Of a stretch of DNA of 64,000 bases, positions 1 to 13,800 are shown one piece after another. This DNA comes from Mytilus edulis (Eukaryota). The notes under the pieces are model-generated. The model had not been told where the DNA came from. It saw nothing but the letters and a program-made list of their open reading frames with translations, and did no database searches. The stretch covers positions 64,480,001-64,544,000 of the forward strand of contig NC_092349.1 of the NCBI RefSeq assembly GCF_963676685.1. Direction: 5' to 3'. The first letter of the stretch is position 1; every line of letters begins with the position of its first letter. The position numbers and the translations under genes are program-made.

Positions 1-1887
1 TGTTTTTGTTTAATTTTATTTACATAAATAAGTTGACTTGTCCCCTATTTTACTTTTGGTTTCCGATGCCGAGTCTTCATGTTCCAACTGATTTGTCTCA
101 TGACGAGTTTTAACCCTGTTCTCGTTAATGCATTATGACATGCATACATCACGGTACGTGCAATGGACGCTTTCTGATACCAATGGCTTAGTCTTGTTAT
201 CATCATCACCCCTCAGCTCTCAAAAAGAAGCTAATCAGGCCACAGACCACAATTTATTCCTCTATCAGTTCTTTATAACCTTTTGCATCATTAAAAAAAT
301 TGCACCATGCACTTTTGTCAAATTTTTTGTGTGTGCAATGTATAGTCCTAGTCCAAATATATATCCAAAATTCAGAAAAATTGACGCAATCACTTTTACA
401 AATTTAGCCAATACACATCCCTACCCCTATTGACAAGTCAAGAGATGTTCCGAAAACTGTAAATATTACCTTTTTGCACTTGGCCTAATCACTCATTCCA
501 TATCAAAATCAGTTAAAATACAACATCCAAAAATTTATTTCACCTCTCTTCTTTCATTTCCACCAAAAAAATCTAAGAAATGAGTGAGGAAGGGAAAGAA
601 AAAAAAATAAGGAAAAATACACTCTAATTAAAAGGAACTATATTCGTGGACAACGAAAAGCGGGGTCATTAATTGTGGTCTTGGGCCATCACATTTAATA
701 TTATTACCGGAAATTTACTTTCGTTTCAGTCCATTGCAAAAGTAATGATAAATCCCGAGCAATATGAAAAGAATTATGACGACATGACAAACGCTATTTG
801 GACAAAGACAGAGAAGATCGAAAAGTTTTCATCACCACGTGTACCTTCGGAGTAAAGGAAAATTTCAACAGGGAACCTTTCAATGCTCTATTTTAAGAAC
901 GAAAGGACATTTCCAATTTAAACTATTTACGCGACGACTATGTATTAGATAAGGCTAAACTATGCACACGATTTATCAGAATCTCTGATGTGATTAATAA
1001 TAAAATATAATAAAACCAAAATGTATATGCAGTATAATTAATGTTTATTTCAAAACGGGTTATCTTGAAACGTGGTGCATTCTTACTTTATGGGCCGAGT
1101 AATCTTAGGCCGAGTTGACTGTATATAACGACTGGTTTACGGTAGAAATTTTACACTCCAGTATCTGTATCTGTATGTAAATAAAGAGGTCGTGGAACCA
1201 GTGTAGACAATATTCGACGAAGTTGTCAGATTTGACCGGCGTTTGGACTGTACTTTACCGAAAGTACAACAGATTAATGTTCAATGACAAATAAATTTAC
1301 TAGCCCCTCGGACTACCGCGCCACGGACATTTACTAGCCCGACACAAAAGTTACTAGTCTCGGGCTAGCGGGCTAGCGTTAGTGTCGAACCCTGGTTTCC
1401 TATACAAATTGAGACTTGGTTGTAGAGTTGTCTCATTGGCACTCATAAAGGTATACCACATATTCTAATAAACAGGGTCAAAACTAGAAAATAGCTCTCA
1501 AGAAAGGCATATTTATAAATTGTATTTCACACCGTTTACTTGCCTGCAGATAGTGGTTTTCTGAGGGTTCTGTATTTCTTTTGACAATCAAAACTGTTGT
1601 CAACAATGTTGAAACAAAAGTTAGCCAGTGCAATTTGAAAAAAAAATTGTTTTATTTTGCATTTTCTACTTTATCATTCTTTAAATTCAATGACATATTA
1701 AGACAAATACAGAATTTAAATATATCGACAACAGCAATAATAAATCCAAAAAGTATCCACTTGTGTTCTTTCATCACTTTTTGGCTGAAATCTAAGATCA
1801 AATATATTTTTTAATTTATTGTCCATTTACAATCCAGATGAAAATATTCAACCACACTCTGGAGAACAATATAAGTGTATGACTTAC

Positions 1888-4800
1888 AAATCCCAGCCAC
1901 TGGTGAAATAAACTGCTGGTCCCTTTCCTAAAATCTTCAATATTGCTTCTACTATATATACTGAAAACAAATAAAAATTAATAATGCTTTAATATTTATC
2001 CATTTTATCTGACTGCTATTATGAAATTCAATGGCCATAACAAAAAAAAAATCTTTACAAAACTGCTTAATACAGACTCTGAGCTCAATTTTTTTTTTAT
2101 AGTAATCAATTATAATAATAGTTTGTTATTTTGGTTAACCATTATTTGTAGAAACAATCATACCTTGTGCTCGATTTTCATATGATGAAGACATTATCTT
2201 TCAATCAGTCTAATTGAGGTCTAGAGCCAGCATGTCAGTAACTGCTAGTAGTCCTTTGTTATTTTTATGTGTCATTGTCATTTTGCTTAGTTTGTTTTTT
2301 AAACTGAGTTTTACTGTACCTATTGCTGTGTGTTTGTTTTTTCTACATTAGCTAGAGGTATAGGGCAGAGTTGAGCTCAAAAAACATATATAACACTGCT
2401 ATATTTTTACACCTCTCCAAAGTCAGGAGCCTCTGGCTTTTGTTAATCTTGTATGATTTTAGTGCATTTATATGCTTTGGAGTTTAGTATGCCTCTGTGA
2501 GCAGGATTTTTTCTTTGTTTTGAAGACCCATTGGTGGCCTTCAGGTGTTTGGTCGGGATGTTGTTTCTTTGACGGATTCCCCATTGCCATTCTCAATTTT
2601 ACTAAAAGTAATTTTTTTTATCTTACTTCTTTTCTCTTGTTGTTACACATGTAAGCTAATTCTTGGTATATAATTTTACAATAAAAAAGCTCTGGGTTTA
2701 TTATTGTTGTCTAGTAAATTTTAATAAAAACATGACCCTTCTGATTTCAACTTCAGGATAATTTGACTTGTCAACATTTACTGATACATATACTTACTAC
2801 AAACATACACTGTTGAAGCAACAGAGGCCCAGTTCTCCCTGTCTGTTATCTTATGTCTATCTGCTTCTATTGTCACTGTAATAAAATAGATTTTAGAGGT
2901 TGGTTTTCTCTTTCAAATTGTTAGACATTTGTTATGCCACTGCTTGTTTTTTAGTTATTGCTCATAGCATAAATTCAGCCTTTTATTTTCTTATTTGAAT
3001 TGGTTTGAAGTTGTCTTGACAGGAGATTTTTTTTGTTTATTTGTCTTATATAAATCAGACTGAAAGTTTTCCTATTTAAATTGCCTTATATTTTGTCTTG
3101 CTAGCGCACTTAGAAGCTTACAACAGAGTATAGATGTTACTCAATACAGGGACTATATAGCTGATTGCATCCTCTGGTTGGTTCAAGTTCATTATTTTTC
3201 TTAATCCCATTTTTAAGTTGGATTAGATTAATATCTTTAAAAATTCAAATTTCAAAGAACTTTACATGCATTTCAGCTTCATGAGTCGGTTTATTGTCAA
3301 AAAAAGTGTTTTCCCGACTCACATATCAACACTCATACAAACAATGATACCTACCTGAAATCTGTATAGTTTCTACCAAAATAATCAGGAAGTTGCTAGC
3401 TATTGCAAAATCTAAAAGAGGAATACATATGTATTTTAAAATAGATAACTTGCATCAACATCAAAAGTTAGAAAGTGATCACAAAAATCTAAATTTACAT
3501 TTTTACTTATTCAATATTTTATTCACTACTGGATAAACAATGTTATAAATCTATCATTTGTTTTATCATAATTCCAGTATCATTTTCCTGCACTTTATCA
3601 AATTTTAATACAGATGTATAAATGTCAATTAATTTTTTTCCATGATTCAAAGTTTTCTTTTTTTTAAATCTAAAAATGACACCAAATATAATAACAGTTT
3701 AAAAAAAAATAATTAACAATTCAATGGTACCCCATTACATCACAGGGTCTTTTTAAAATGGCATCAGATCACAAGGTCTTTCATAAAGAAATAAATAAAA
3801 GCTTGATTTTTTAACATTTTTAAAAGTCGCATGTACATTTAAATGAGATCTCAGATCCATAGGACCACCCACTAGACCCCAAAGGTTGATGGCTGGATTT
3901 GACCTTGTTGAATCTATACAAAACACTTACAAATAAATCTTTTAAACCATTTCCATTTTACAAAACTGTGTATACCTGTAATAAATAGTCAAATTAAATG
4001 TTTTTACATTGATCTTCAAAAGTATTCATGTTGGTACTTTCTCCTTACAATGCTCTATATATAGGTACTGTAAATTCAGAAATTATTGTGAGTTTTTTTT
4101 TTAACGCATATAATGAGTCTGGATTGGAATTGTAATAATAAGAACTCCCATTCTAATAACTGAAACATAGATTTGTATGCAGTTTTTTTTTAAATCGCAA
4201 AAAATATACTTGCATTTTTGTTGATTCTTGCAATAATAGATTCAATCAGTCATTTTAAGAAATTTACAATTTAAATTTTGTCAGTGAGTGATGGTGAGTG
4301 TGTGTTTAAAATGTTCTAAAAAATCAAAGAATTCAATATACGATAATTTCAAGAGAAACAGAAGGGAAATGTGTAAAAAAGTGTTTACAGTCAATCTATT
4401 CATTTGTGTCTTCCCTTCTCATCAATCTCAGTAAGATTTGTTGGGGGGTTTTCCACACTATAAAAACAAAATGAATGATGTGAGGGAATGTCACTCTAGT
4501 CAACCCCATTGGGGATTGACGGCTTGAAGCCGTCTTCCCCAAAAACAATGGGTAGTATATATATAGGGGTCTCATTGGGGGGTTCCGATCCCGGATCTTG
4601 CTTACTGTTTTGTCAGATTCCCCCATCCCGCTTACACTATGTACGTAAGCAATTCTCATTTTTTTGTCATTTCCCAGATCCCGCTAGACCTCATTTCCCG
4701 TTTTCATGACACAATAATTTGACTTTCACGTGTCACGCTTACAAAAAATCGGCAATCCCGCATCACGCTTAGACCCCAATGAGACCCAGTATATAGAAAT

Positions 4801-7800
4801 AAAACCATGTGGGTATGTATGTAGAAATAAAACAATGGTGCTATAAAGAATGTGTAATATGTTTATAAAATAAGACAATGTCTTGTATGTTGATAAAGTA
4901 ACAATGTGTAATACACCATTTAAAATAAAGCAATGACATTTATATAATATGCTATCAAAATATTCTATGAATGCAGCTGTTGACCAAAGAAAGTACTTTG
5001 AGATACTTGGCAATTATCTGTTGAGCTCAAAAAGATTTAAAACACACACAAATACTTACATCTAAAAATTCTGTTGAAAGGATATTTGAAATGTGATGAC
5101 CAGATAATGTTTTCATCCGATTTTAACTGAAAAAGAATATACACTTTCAAAGATTCATATTTCTGTTTTGATGGGAAAGTGACTTTGTAGTCAATCAAAA
5201 CATAGTTTTCTTTGTTCTCCTAATGTGAGAACATGCAATAAAATATTTAACAAAATTAGACACAATAATAGCACAAAATATTCAGATGTTTTTGTTTGTT
5301 TGTGTTTGGTTGCTGTATCATTCATGTTTATCTCACGTTGTAAATACTGACGAAATGTTGGTGTGCATTTAGATTTTTATGCCAACCTTTATGTGAAAAA
5401 GATAGTATTACAGTTGAAATAATAATAACATAAAAAAGATAGTATTACAGTTGAAATAATAATAACATGAAAAAGATAGTATTACAGTTGAAATAATAAT
5501 AACAAAGTGTATGATCTATCTTACTTACCATCCACTGCAAGTCAATTGCTTCATATATCTTATGAAATTCTTCCAAAGATAATTTTCCTGATGTACTCAT
5601 GTTTAACATCTTAAAAACTAGATAACCATCTCTTCTACCTGTCAATACAAAGGAAAAGATAAGCAAAGACCAAGAGGCCTAGGCTACTAAAATTTGGACC
5701 AGGCCACTGAACTTATGCTGAAAATTCAATCATGGTTATTTCATCAGCAATAAGATTACAAAATGTAAAACAATTCAGAAAAGAAAATTAACAGCCTGAC
5801 TCATAGCACATTTGAGATGTCAGATATAAACAATCAACTTTACTTTTATATTCCATTCATTTAGAATACAATAATTAAAATGTTCATTATATTTTACTTA
5901 CTTTTCTTTGGTCTTAGATGTTTCATCATACCAAGAAAATGTTTTAATTTTATAGACTTGTTATCCTGCAACAAAAAAACATCAATATCAAAGTCTGGAT
6001 TCTTTACAATAATTCTTTTCTGGATATTATACATGTATATATATTTCCATCACTAATTAATTTTCTGTAGAAACAAATGGGTACATTTTTGCCAAAAAAC
6101 TGATAACTATTAATTTTTTTTAAGAATACAATTTTTTTGAGGATGGAGGTAAATTCAATTTTCTTGGACATTTGATTTTGTGGTTTTGCCAAAATCTGAA
6201 TACATGCAGAAAACATTTTTTATTTCTTTAAACATTTTAATTTGTGGTTTACATTTACCCACAATAAAATCCACAAAAAGTTAGCATCTTATAAATAATT
6301 ATTCCCCAGTCACAAATATCTCTGGTAGTAAGACTTCTAGATTGGATTATTTTTTGTGTTTAATGCCACTTTTAGCACTATTTCTTATAACATGTCTGCC
6401 AGTTTTGTATGATTGATGAAGACTGAGAGAACCATTACCTTAGAAAAGATAACTAACAATCCTAGTCAATTAGGATTGTAGTAAAACATGCATGCCACAT
6501 GTGGGATTTGAAAATCACAAACTGATTCTTGACAGGATACTGATGAGTTACTAATACCACTTGGCAACTGAGGCCCGGTTATAATTTTGGACTTACCTCC
6601 TTAGTAACCAGTAATCTGAAGGCATGTTGACAACCAAGTCGCTTGTGAAAAAATAGCTTCTTTACTTTTGTCTTTTCCAAATTTGAAAATGTATCATATA
6701 CTACGGCAAGAAACTAAAAAACAAAAATATACATAAATGTACTTTTATTGAAATGTGTACATTATTTCTAATCAATATCCCCTTTTCTTTCCCTTTTCCT
6801 TTATTGTATGTAGGCACATATAACAGGTATGACATTTTCACCCTAAAATGCATTGGTGTGTTTGAAGAATGTCATAATAAAATAATAATTTTTGTTTCAA
6901 AAGTTCAATATTGTTCAAAGTTACAATATTATGCTTTTGTGCTTGATACAAAATTTGCTTATGTTAAGGTAGCACAATACAAAGATTTTTTTACTTCCAA
7001 TCTCTAACCTTTGAAATGCTGTAACTTTCTTATGAATGCATAGAAAATAATAAAAGAGGTATATATAGATAGATAAAAGATTAATCTTTTAAATGAATGC
7101 AATATTTTTATTATGCAATCATTATGTAATCAATTATTATGTAATTAGTGGCAAAATCTGGGTAAGTTCACTTGAATGAATTTAGCTCAATCACCTCTTT
7201 AACTATACAGAAAATTTTAACGGAATCTTAATCAACACATTATGGGCTTCAAAAGGGTGTCTCAGATTGTCTCTATGGTATTCCATTCTCTCATAAATTC
7301 CTAGTTAGTGTAAACATCCTAACCACATAAAAGAAGATAATGTTCAATTAGGTGTAAAATTTGTTCTATACATTCTATCTGAAATCTGAGACACCCTTTT
7401 GTAGATAATGGCCATAGGAACAACATATAATGAAATCAACCCTCTAGGGATACCTATGCAGAAGCTAATTTCATTTGAAAGAGGATTTTTGGTGAAAAAT
7501 ATTTTAGACACAAATAACATTATAATTGGTTACATAATTGTTGCATAATACTAACATTGCATTTATTTGAAAGCGTAATCTGTTAGCTATCCAAAACTAC
7601 CAATTTTATAAATTTTCAAGCATTATTAAGAAAGTTACAGCATTTTAAAACTTGGGAATTGGAGTTATAAAATCTTTGTATTGTGCTACCTTAACTCCTT
7701 ACACCACAATAAAATTTCAAAAAGAAGCATTTTATTCTGAATTAAAATAAATGTTTACTAAAGTCAATTTCAGTAAAATTGATAATTATCTACGCCCTAC

Positions 7801-10800
7801 TTTTTTCTTCTTATAATAAAATACTATTGAAATTCTTGTTATAACACCCAATTTTTGTATTCAAAGATTTATATTATTATTATTTTAATTAATTTTATTC
7901 AGATTAGTATTCATCTTTGTACTATTTTGACAACATTATTTAAATGAATGTGGAAGGATAGGAAAGAGTTGGGTTTTTTTAAAATGATATATGGCAGGTG
8001 TCATTTATGGTAATGTGCCTATAAGTTGTTGGAAAAATTGCCAATTAAAGTAACTTTGTTGTTGGGAAATTTTTGTAATCCCTTCTACACACCAACATCC
8101 ATTTTTATGGAAGAGTATTCTAGTGCCAATATGTTAACCATGGAAGATTGAAAAATTGTGTAAATTATCTCCCCATGTTGTATAACTCACCAGATTCATT
8201 ATAAAATAAAGTTCTAGAGACAGGTATATAATGTAGAAAATACTGTAGTATCTGGAACTGGCATAGGCTGGCATCATTACATCTGGATAACTGAAGAAAA
8301 AAAATAGTAGTACATGTACAAAGATTACCAGATAGCTATTTTCATTAAAACTTAATGGTTATCTGTGGTAAAAAATCAAACACATTGTTGTGTTTAGCTA
8401 GGCCCTTGAACAGAAATAACGGGGTCTGACAGATTAAAAACAAGTTCAAGGGTTAAAAATCATCAGTGTTAAGCTGCTAACCTATTATGAAGTCATTTTA
8501 TTAAGTAGTATTTGAGAAAGTATGAGGAAAATATTTGTTGGTAGGACTAAGTCTTTGAAGCTTTAGTTTACAAAATAATCACATTTAAATGTGTAACATC
8601 ATTAGGTAATATGTCGGATATATAAGAGAAAAATAGAACAATGGTGATCCACCATCAAGAACGCTTATTAACTTCCTGCAAAAACATTGCTAAATAAAAA
8701 TGAAAACAATAGACAACTTTCGAGTTCGATGCATTTCCGTCAAAAACTCTGATTTTAGTGAACGTCATTTGTGCGTTTAGGGGCGTCGTCACTTCCATTC
8801 CAATGTTGAGCGAGTGGTTGGAAAACTATAATTCTATATTGTACGAATTATTCGGCAAATTGAATTCTCAAAATTGACAATCAGCATTGCTGTCATAAGG
8901 GAATTGTCATTAAGTACCTACAGAACAACCATTATTTCTAGTTTATCCTGCACAATGACGATCACTAAGACGCTTGATGAACGTAAATAGTGCAGGGATA
9001 CAGGCGACCCCCTCTATCTGGTAAATGACGTCATAAAGGCGCGTATAATTGACGAGTTTTTTCCGGTGACGGATGAACTCGAAAGTGGTCTATTACAAGC
9101 ATCCTTTGTTTAGTATAATGTATAAGTATGTATTGTATTATCATAGGAGATTTTTTTTGCACTTAGTTCGATACTTGAGAACTATTTTTAAAGTAATTGT
9201 CTTGGACTACTATTCTAAAATACTAAACAATTCAAAACTTTTAACTGCCATACTTTTCTATCTCTAACAAACTTACTTTGCTGTAGTCAAAAGAACAAAC
9301 AGACTTATAAAACTGTCTTGAAGTGTGGCAAAATACTGAAATAGAAAATAACAAACAATTTCGTCATTTGACATAAACTGAATAAAGATTTTAAATCAAT
9401 ATTACCATTGCATTTCATGTTTTTTTTCTGATATTAAATTTGATATATTCTTTATCTGAAAAGGTTCATTGAAATTTGGCAAAAATACCAAATATTAATT
9501 ATTTTGCTCAATGTGTACAAGTAATTATTTTAAATTTGACAATTTGTATTTTAATTGTAGATACAAAGCCCTGCTCATGTGTGATGACATGTATTTTCCT
9601 AGAGTAGTGAAGATTTACAAAACATGTTAAATGAATTTGATGATTATTGTGAAAAATGGCAACTCAAAATAAATGTTAACAAGACAAAAGTTCTTATTTT
9701 CTCCAAAGGGAGACAACCCAAAATTATTAGATTTGTTATACAGAATAGAGAATTAGAAATTGTAACTGAGTATAAATACCTCGGTATATTTTTTGCCAGA
9801 AGTGTTTTTTTTTTTAAAGACATGTTTGATAAGATAGTTTTACCAATTCTTCTTTATGGTTAGGAAATTTGGGGATTTGAAAATTTTGATTTGATAGAAC
9901 GTGCACATTTAAAATTTTGTAAGCTTGTTCTACATTGTTCTACATTTAAGACAGAGTATACCTAGCTGTATTGTTTATGCAGAATTGGGTAGATATCCTG
10001 TAATTGTTAATGCCGAAGTTCGTATGGATAGTTTCTTATGTAGATTACTATGTGGTATAGAAAGTAAAATTTCATGTCTTTTATATAAACTATTGTATAT
10101 TAATTTTCATAACTATGGTCTTAACTGTAAATGGATATCATTTGTAAAAACTGTTTTTGATACCTGTGGAATGTCAAATATCTGGTTGAACCAAATGTTA
10201 GATAAATGGGTAATTAAAAGCATTGAGTTGAAACTTAAAGACCAGTTTTTGCAGAATTGCCTAAGCGAAATTAACACTACTCCTAAACACTTATGTTATA
10301 GAATTTTTAAAACTGATATTAAATTAGAAAGCTATTTTTCCAAATTGTCAATATATAATCAATTTATATTGTGTAAATTTAGATTTGGAAGTCACTGATT
10401 ACCTATCGAGACGAGAAGGTGGAATAACATATCAAGAAATGATAGGTTGTGCCATCTTTGCAAATCAAGAGATGTAGGTGATGAATATCATTATGTTATG
10501 CCATGTAATGCTCTAAATCAAGAAAGAAAGATGTTGTTACCATACTATTGTACTCTTTGTCAAAATATTTATTAATATCAACAATTGATGAGCTCTAATA
10601 ATTATATTGTTCTTGAAAAACTTTGTAGATTTATAAAAATTATAAATGTGAGGGTCACTCCTTCTGGTTAGTTTGTAATTTAATGTTTATGTTTGTATTG
10701 TTCACATGTGCTTCAATATTTAATGTAATTGTTTATATATTCTCTGTAGCTATGTAATTTGTAGTTTTTTTGAGAAATAAAATTCATTCATATTTTTAAT

Positions 10801-13800
10801 GAATAACTCTACCAAATTAAACCAAATTGGTCTATACAATTAAAATGAACAGAAATACTTGAATACCTATATACATAAAAGTGTCAGGCAAAGTTGACCT
10901 TATAGTGATTTGGCTATTTATTTTATATCCTTTTTGTTTATATAGGTCTACAAACATTTTTTTTTTTTAATTCGAGCGTCACTGATAGTCTTTTGTAGAT
11001 GAAACTCGTGTCTGGTCTGGGGCAAATACAAAATTTCAATCCTGGTATCTATGATGAGTTTATATACACCCTTGGCTTGTAAATTTTCGCCTTTGAGCTT
11101 ACCTGAAGATAATAAATCCAGAAAAAAAGCTTTGAACGTTTGAAATTTATACTAGTAACTTGTTGTTTTTATATTTTATAACAAATATTCATACTTACTG
11201 CATCCCCATGAATCCCAGAAAATAAATAAAACCCTACAATTAAACCATGTGTATATAATATTAACATTAACATTGATTTTCATATCATTAATTAAAAGAA
11301 TGAATAATATTTTATTTATTTCATATTATAATGGTTTCCAGTTTTTTTCGTTACTGTACAAAGCAATATGTAAGATTTCTTTTTTTAAGACTTTTAATTA
11401 TGTTTTTACAGTAAAATTTTCTGGAAGTGTATTGACTGATTTCATTGTCCAAAATGATAGGCGCTATAAATCTGTACAATACAGCAACACATTAACTTTT
11501 ATCTTATTTCTAGCTGTCATCCTAATTTACCTAAAACCATTACCTCACAGGCTCTAGTTAACTTTAAGTTAATATTTGATACATAAACGTCCATGCTATG
11601 AAATGTACATGCAAGAATTATGATTCTATCTATAAAAATTAACTGAAAATTGGAAATGTTATTAGTTTATACCACATATACATTGAATTTTCTTGTCTAA
11701 ATTTGACCTATTTACATACTTCAGCTTCAAAACTTCATTTGGTCTCTGGCAAAATGTTGTCTCATTGGCAATAATACCACATCTTAATTTGATCTTCAAT
11801 TGTTTGTTCATTGCTTTTATGTTGTTTTTGCTTCTGTAATACTGTCTCAGTTTGAAATTTCAATCAGGTGATGTTTTTCACTCTCAATAAGATAATAAAA
11901 GTTTTAGGGTTCAATAGGCTTACTTATAGATGTAATATAGAGCTTACCTAATATAGAAAATATCAACATGAAAAACAATAACAACAACAACATGTCTATA
12001 ATAGGTGGCATGGACTGTAAAATCTGTCGGAATGTTCTGAAATAAATACAAAACAAAACAATTTCAGCTTTTAAATGTAGAAAATAAACTCATCATAGAT
12101 ACCAGGACTAAATTTTGCATATACGCTAGACGCGGATTTCGTCTACAAAAGACTCATCAGTGACGCTCGAATCCAAAAAAGTTTAAAAGGCCAAATAAAG
12201 TACGAAGTTGAAGAGCATTAAAGACAAAAATTCCCAAAAATTCTGCCAAATACAGCTAATATACACATGACAAAAGGTAAAACAGGTGGTAAAGCCTTAT
12301 TCAACATATTTTGACATGAATGTTACAAAGTTTGGTTCCATTTAGACTGGTAGTTTCAAAGGAGATCTTGGCAAATGTTAACAGACACATGTGATTAAAA
12401 TAGCCCATTTGGGCCATGTGAGCTAATAATATTAGACACAAACTGTAAATTCTGTTGGAATATTTTAAAATATTAAATAATAAAAGCTCTAGATTGAAAC
12501 GAAAATCCTTGAACTTTATTTATAAAACACTTAGCTAGTACATAATTTTAGTTCAGTTAAAATTTAATTGGAATTTTGAAAATAAGGATAAAATTTAATC
12601 AATATTTATTTTAACTGGTTGCTTCCTGTCACTCAGAGAAACTAAAGTAATTTAAATTCTCAAGTGTTTGTTTAAGAGGGAAATTATAAACACTTAAGAT
12701 TGATGTGAACTCTTTAAAATAACTGTTCTTTAGGAAGATCTAGAAGGAAAAGAAAACTCTATTTTAATCCATTTCCATAATTATGTTTGAATCTGTGAAA
12801 CAGTGAAATATAAATGCATTCTTAAAAACAAGTTATATGATTGTAATAAAATTGAGAATGGAAATGGGGAATGTGTCAAAGAGACAACAACCCGACCAAA
12901 TAAAAAACAACAGCAGAGGGTCACCAACAGGTCTTCAATGTAGTGAGAAGTCAGTTTGTGTCTAAAACCTGAACTCTGATTGATGTAAAACTTAAATTTA
13001 CACAATGTGTCAAACCAGTGAACCATGAAATATGGGTACCTTGACCATAATAGAGTATTGTTCTCCCCAAAATTCCATAGCACACAATATTATACTGCTG
13101 TATATTCAATGACCCCTCTATCAGCATGATTACAAATAATCGCTTCAACAATATGGTAAAATTTAATATTAACAAACATACCTTCTGACCCCTCTGCAGT
13201 AGTATGTATCTATGAGAAACAATGGCCTCAGTGATCTTGTGACTCTAAAATGGTTATGCTGTCGTATTATCACAACTATAGTCTCTATAAATACGATGAT
13301 CAAAGTACAACTCTGAAAAATAATTTTATTACTAACTTTCAGTTAAATTTGCACTATCATTAAAACAAGAATGTGTCCATATTACACAGATGCCCCACTC
13401 GCATTATCCTTTTCTATGTTCAGTGGACCTTGAAATTTTGCATCAATCTTACTTTAATTTTGCATTAAAATTAGAAAGATCATATCATAGGGTACAGGTA
13501 TACTTAGTTTCAAGTTGATTGGACTTCAACTTCTTTAAAAACTACGTATATCTTGACCAAAAACTTTAACCTGAAGCAGGACAAACAAACGAAAGGAGTA
13601 ACAAACGAACAGACGCACACACAGAAAAACTGGGGCATAAAAATAATCATTTGTCTATAAATAAGTATTTCTATTGATACAAAAAAAAATCATTAATTAA
13701 TCTACATACCTTTATAAGAGTTCTTTTATGTTTGATGAATGTTCTGAATCCTAGCCACTTCATGCGTATTCCTAATTCTAACGCTAATATCAAAAGCCCA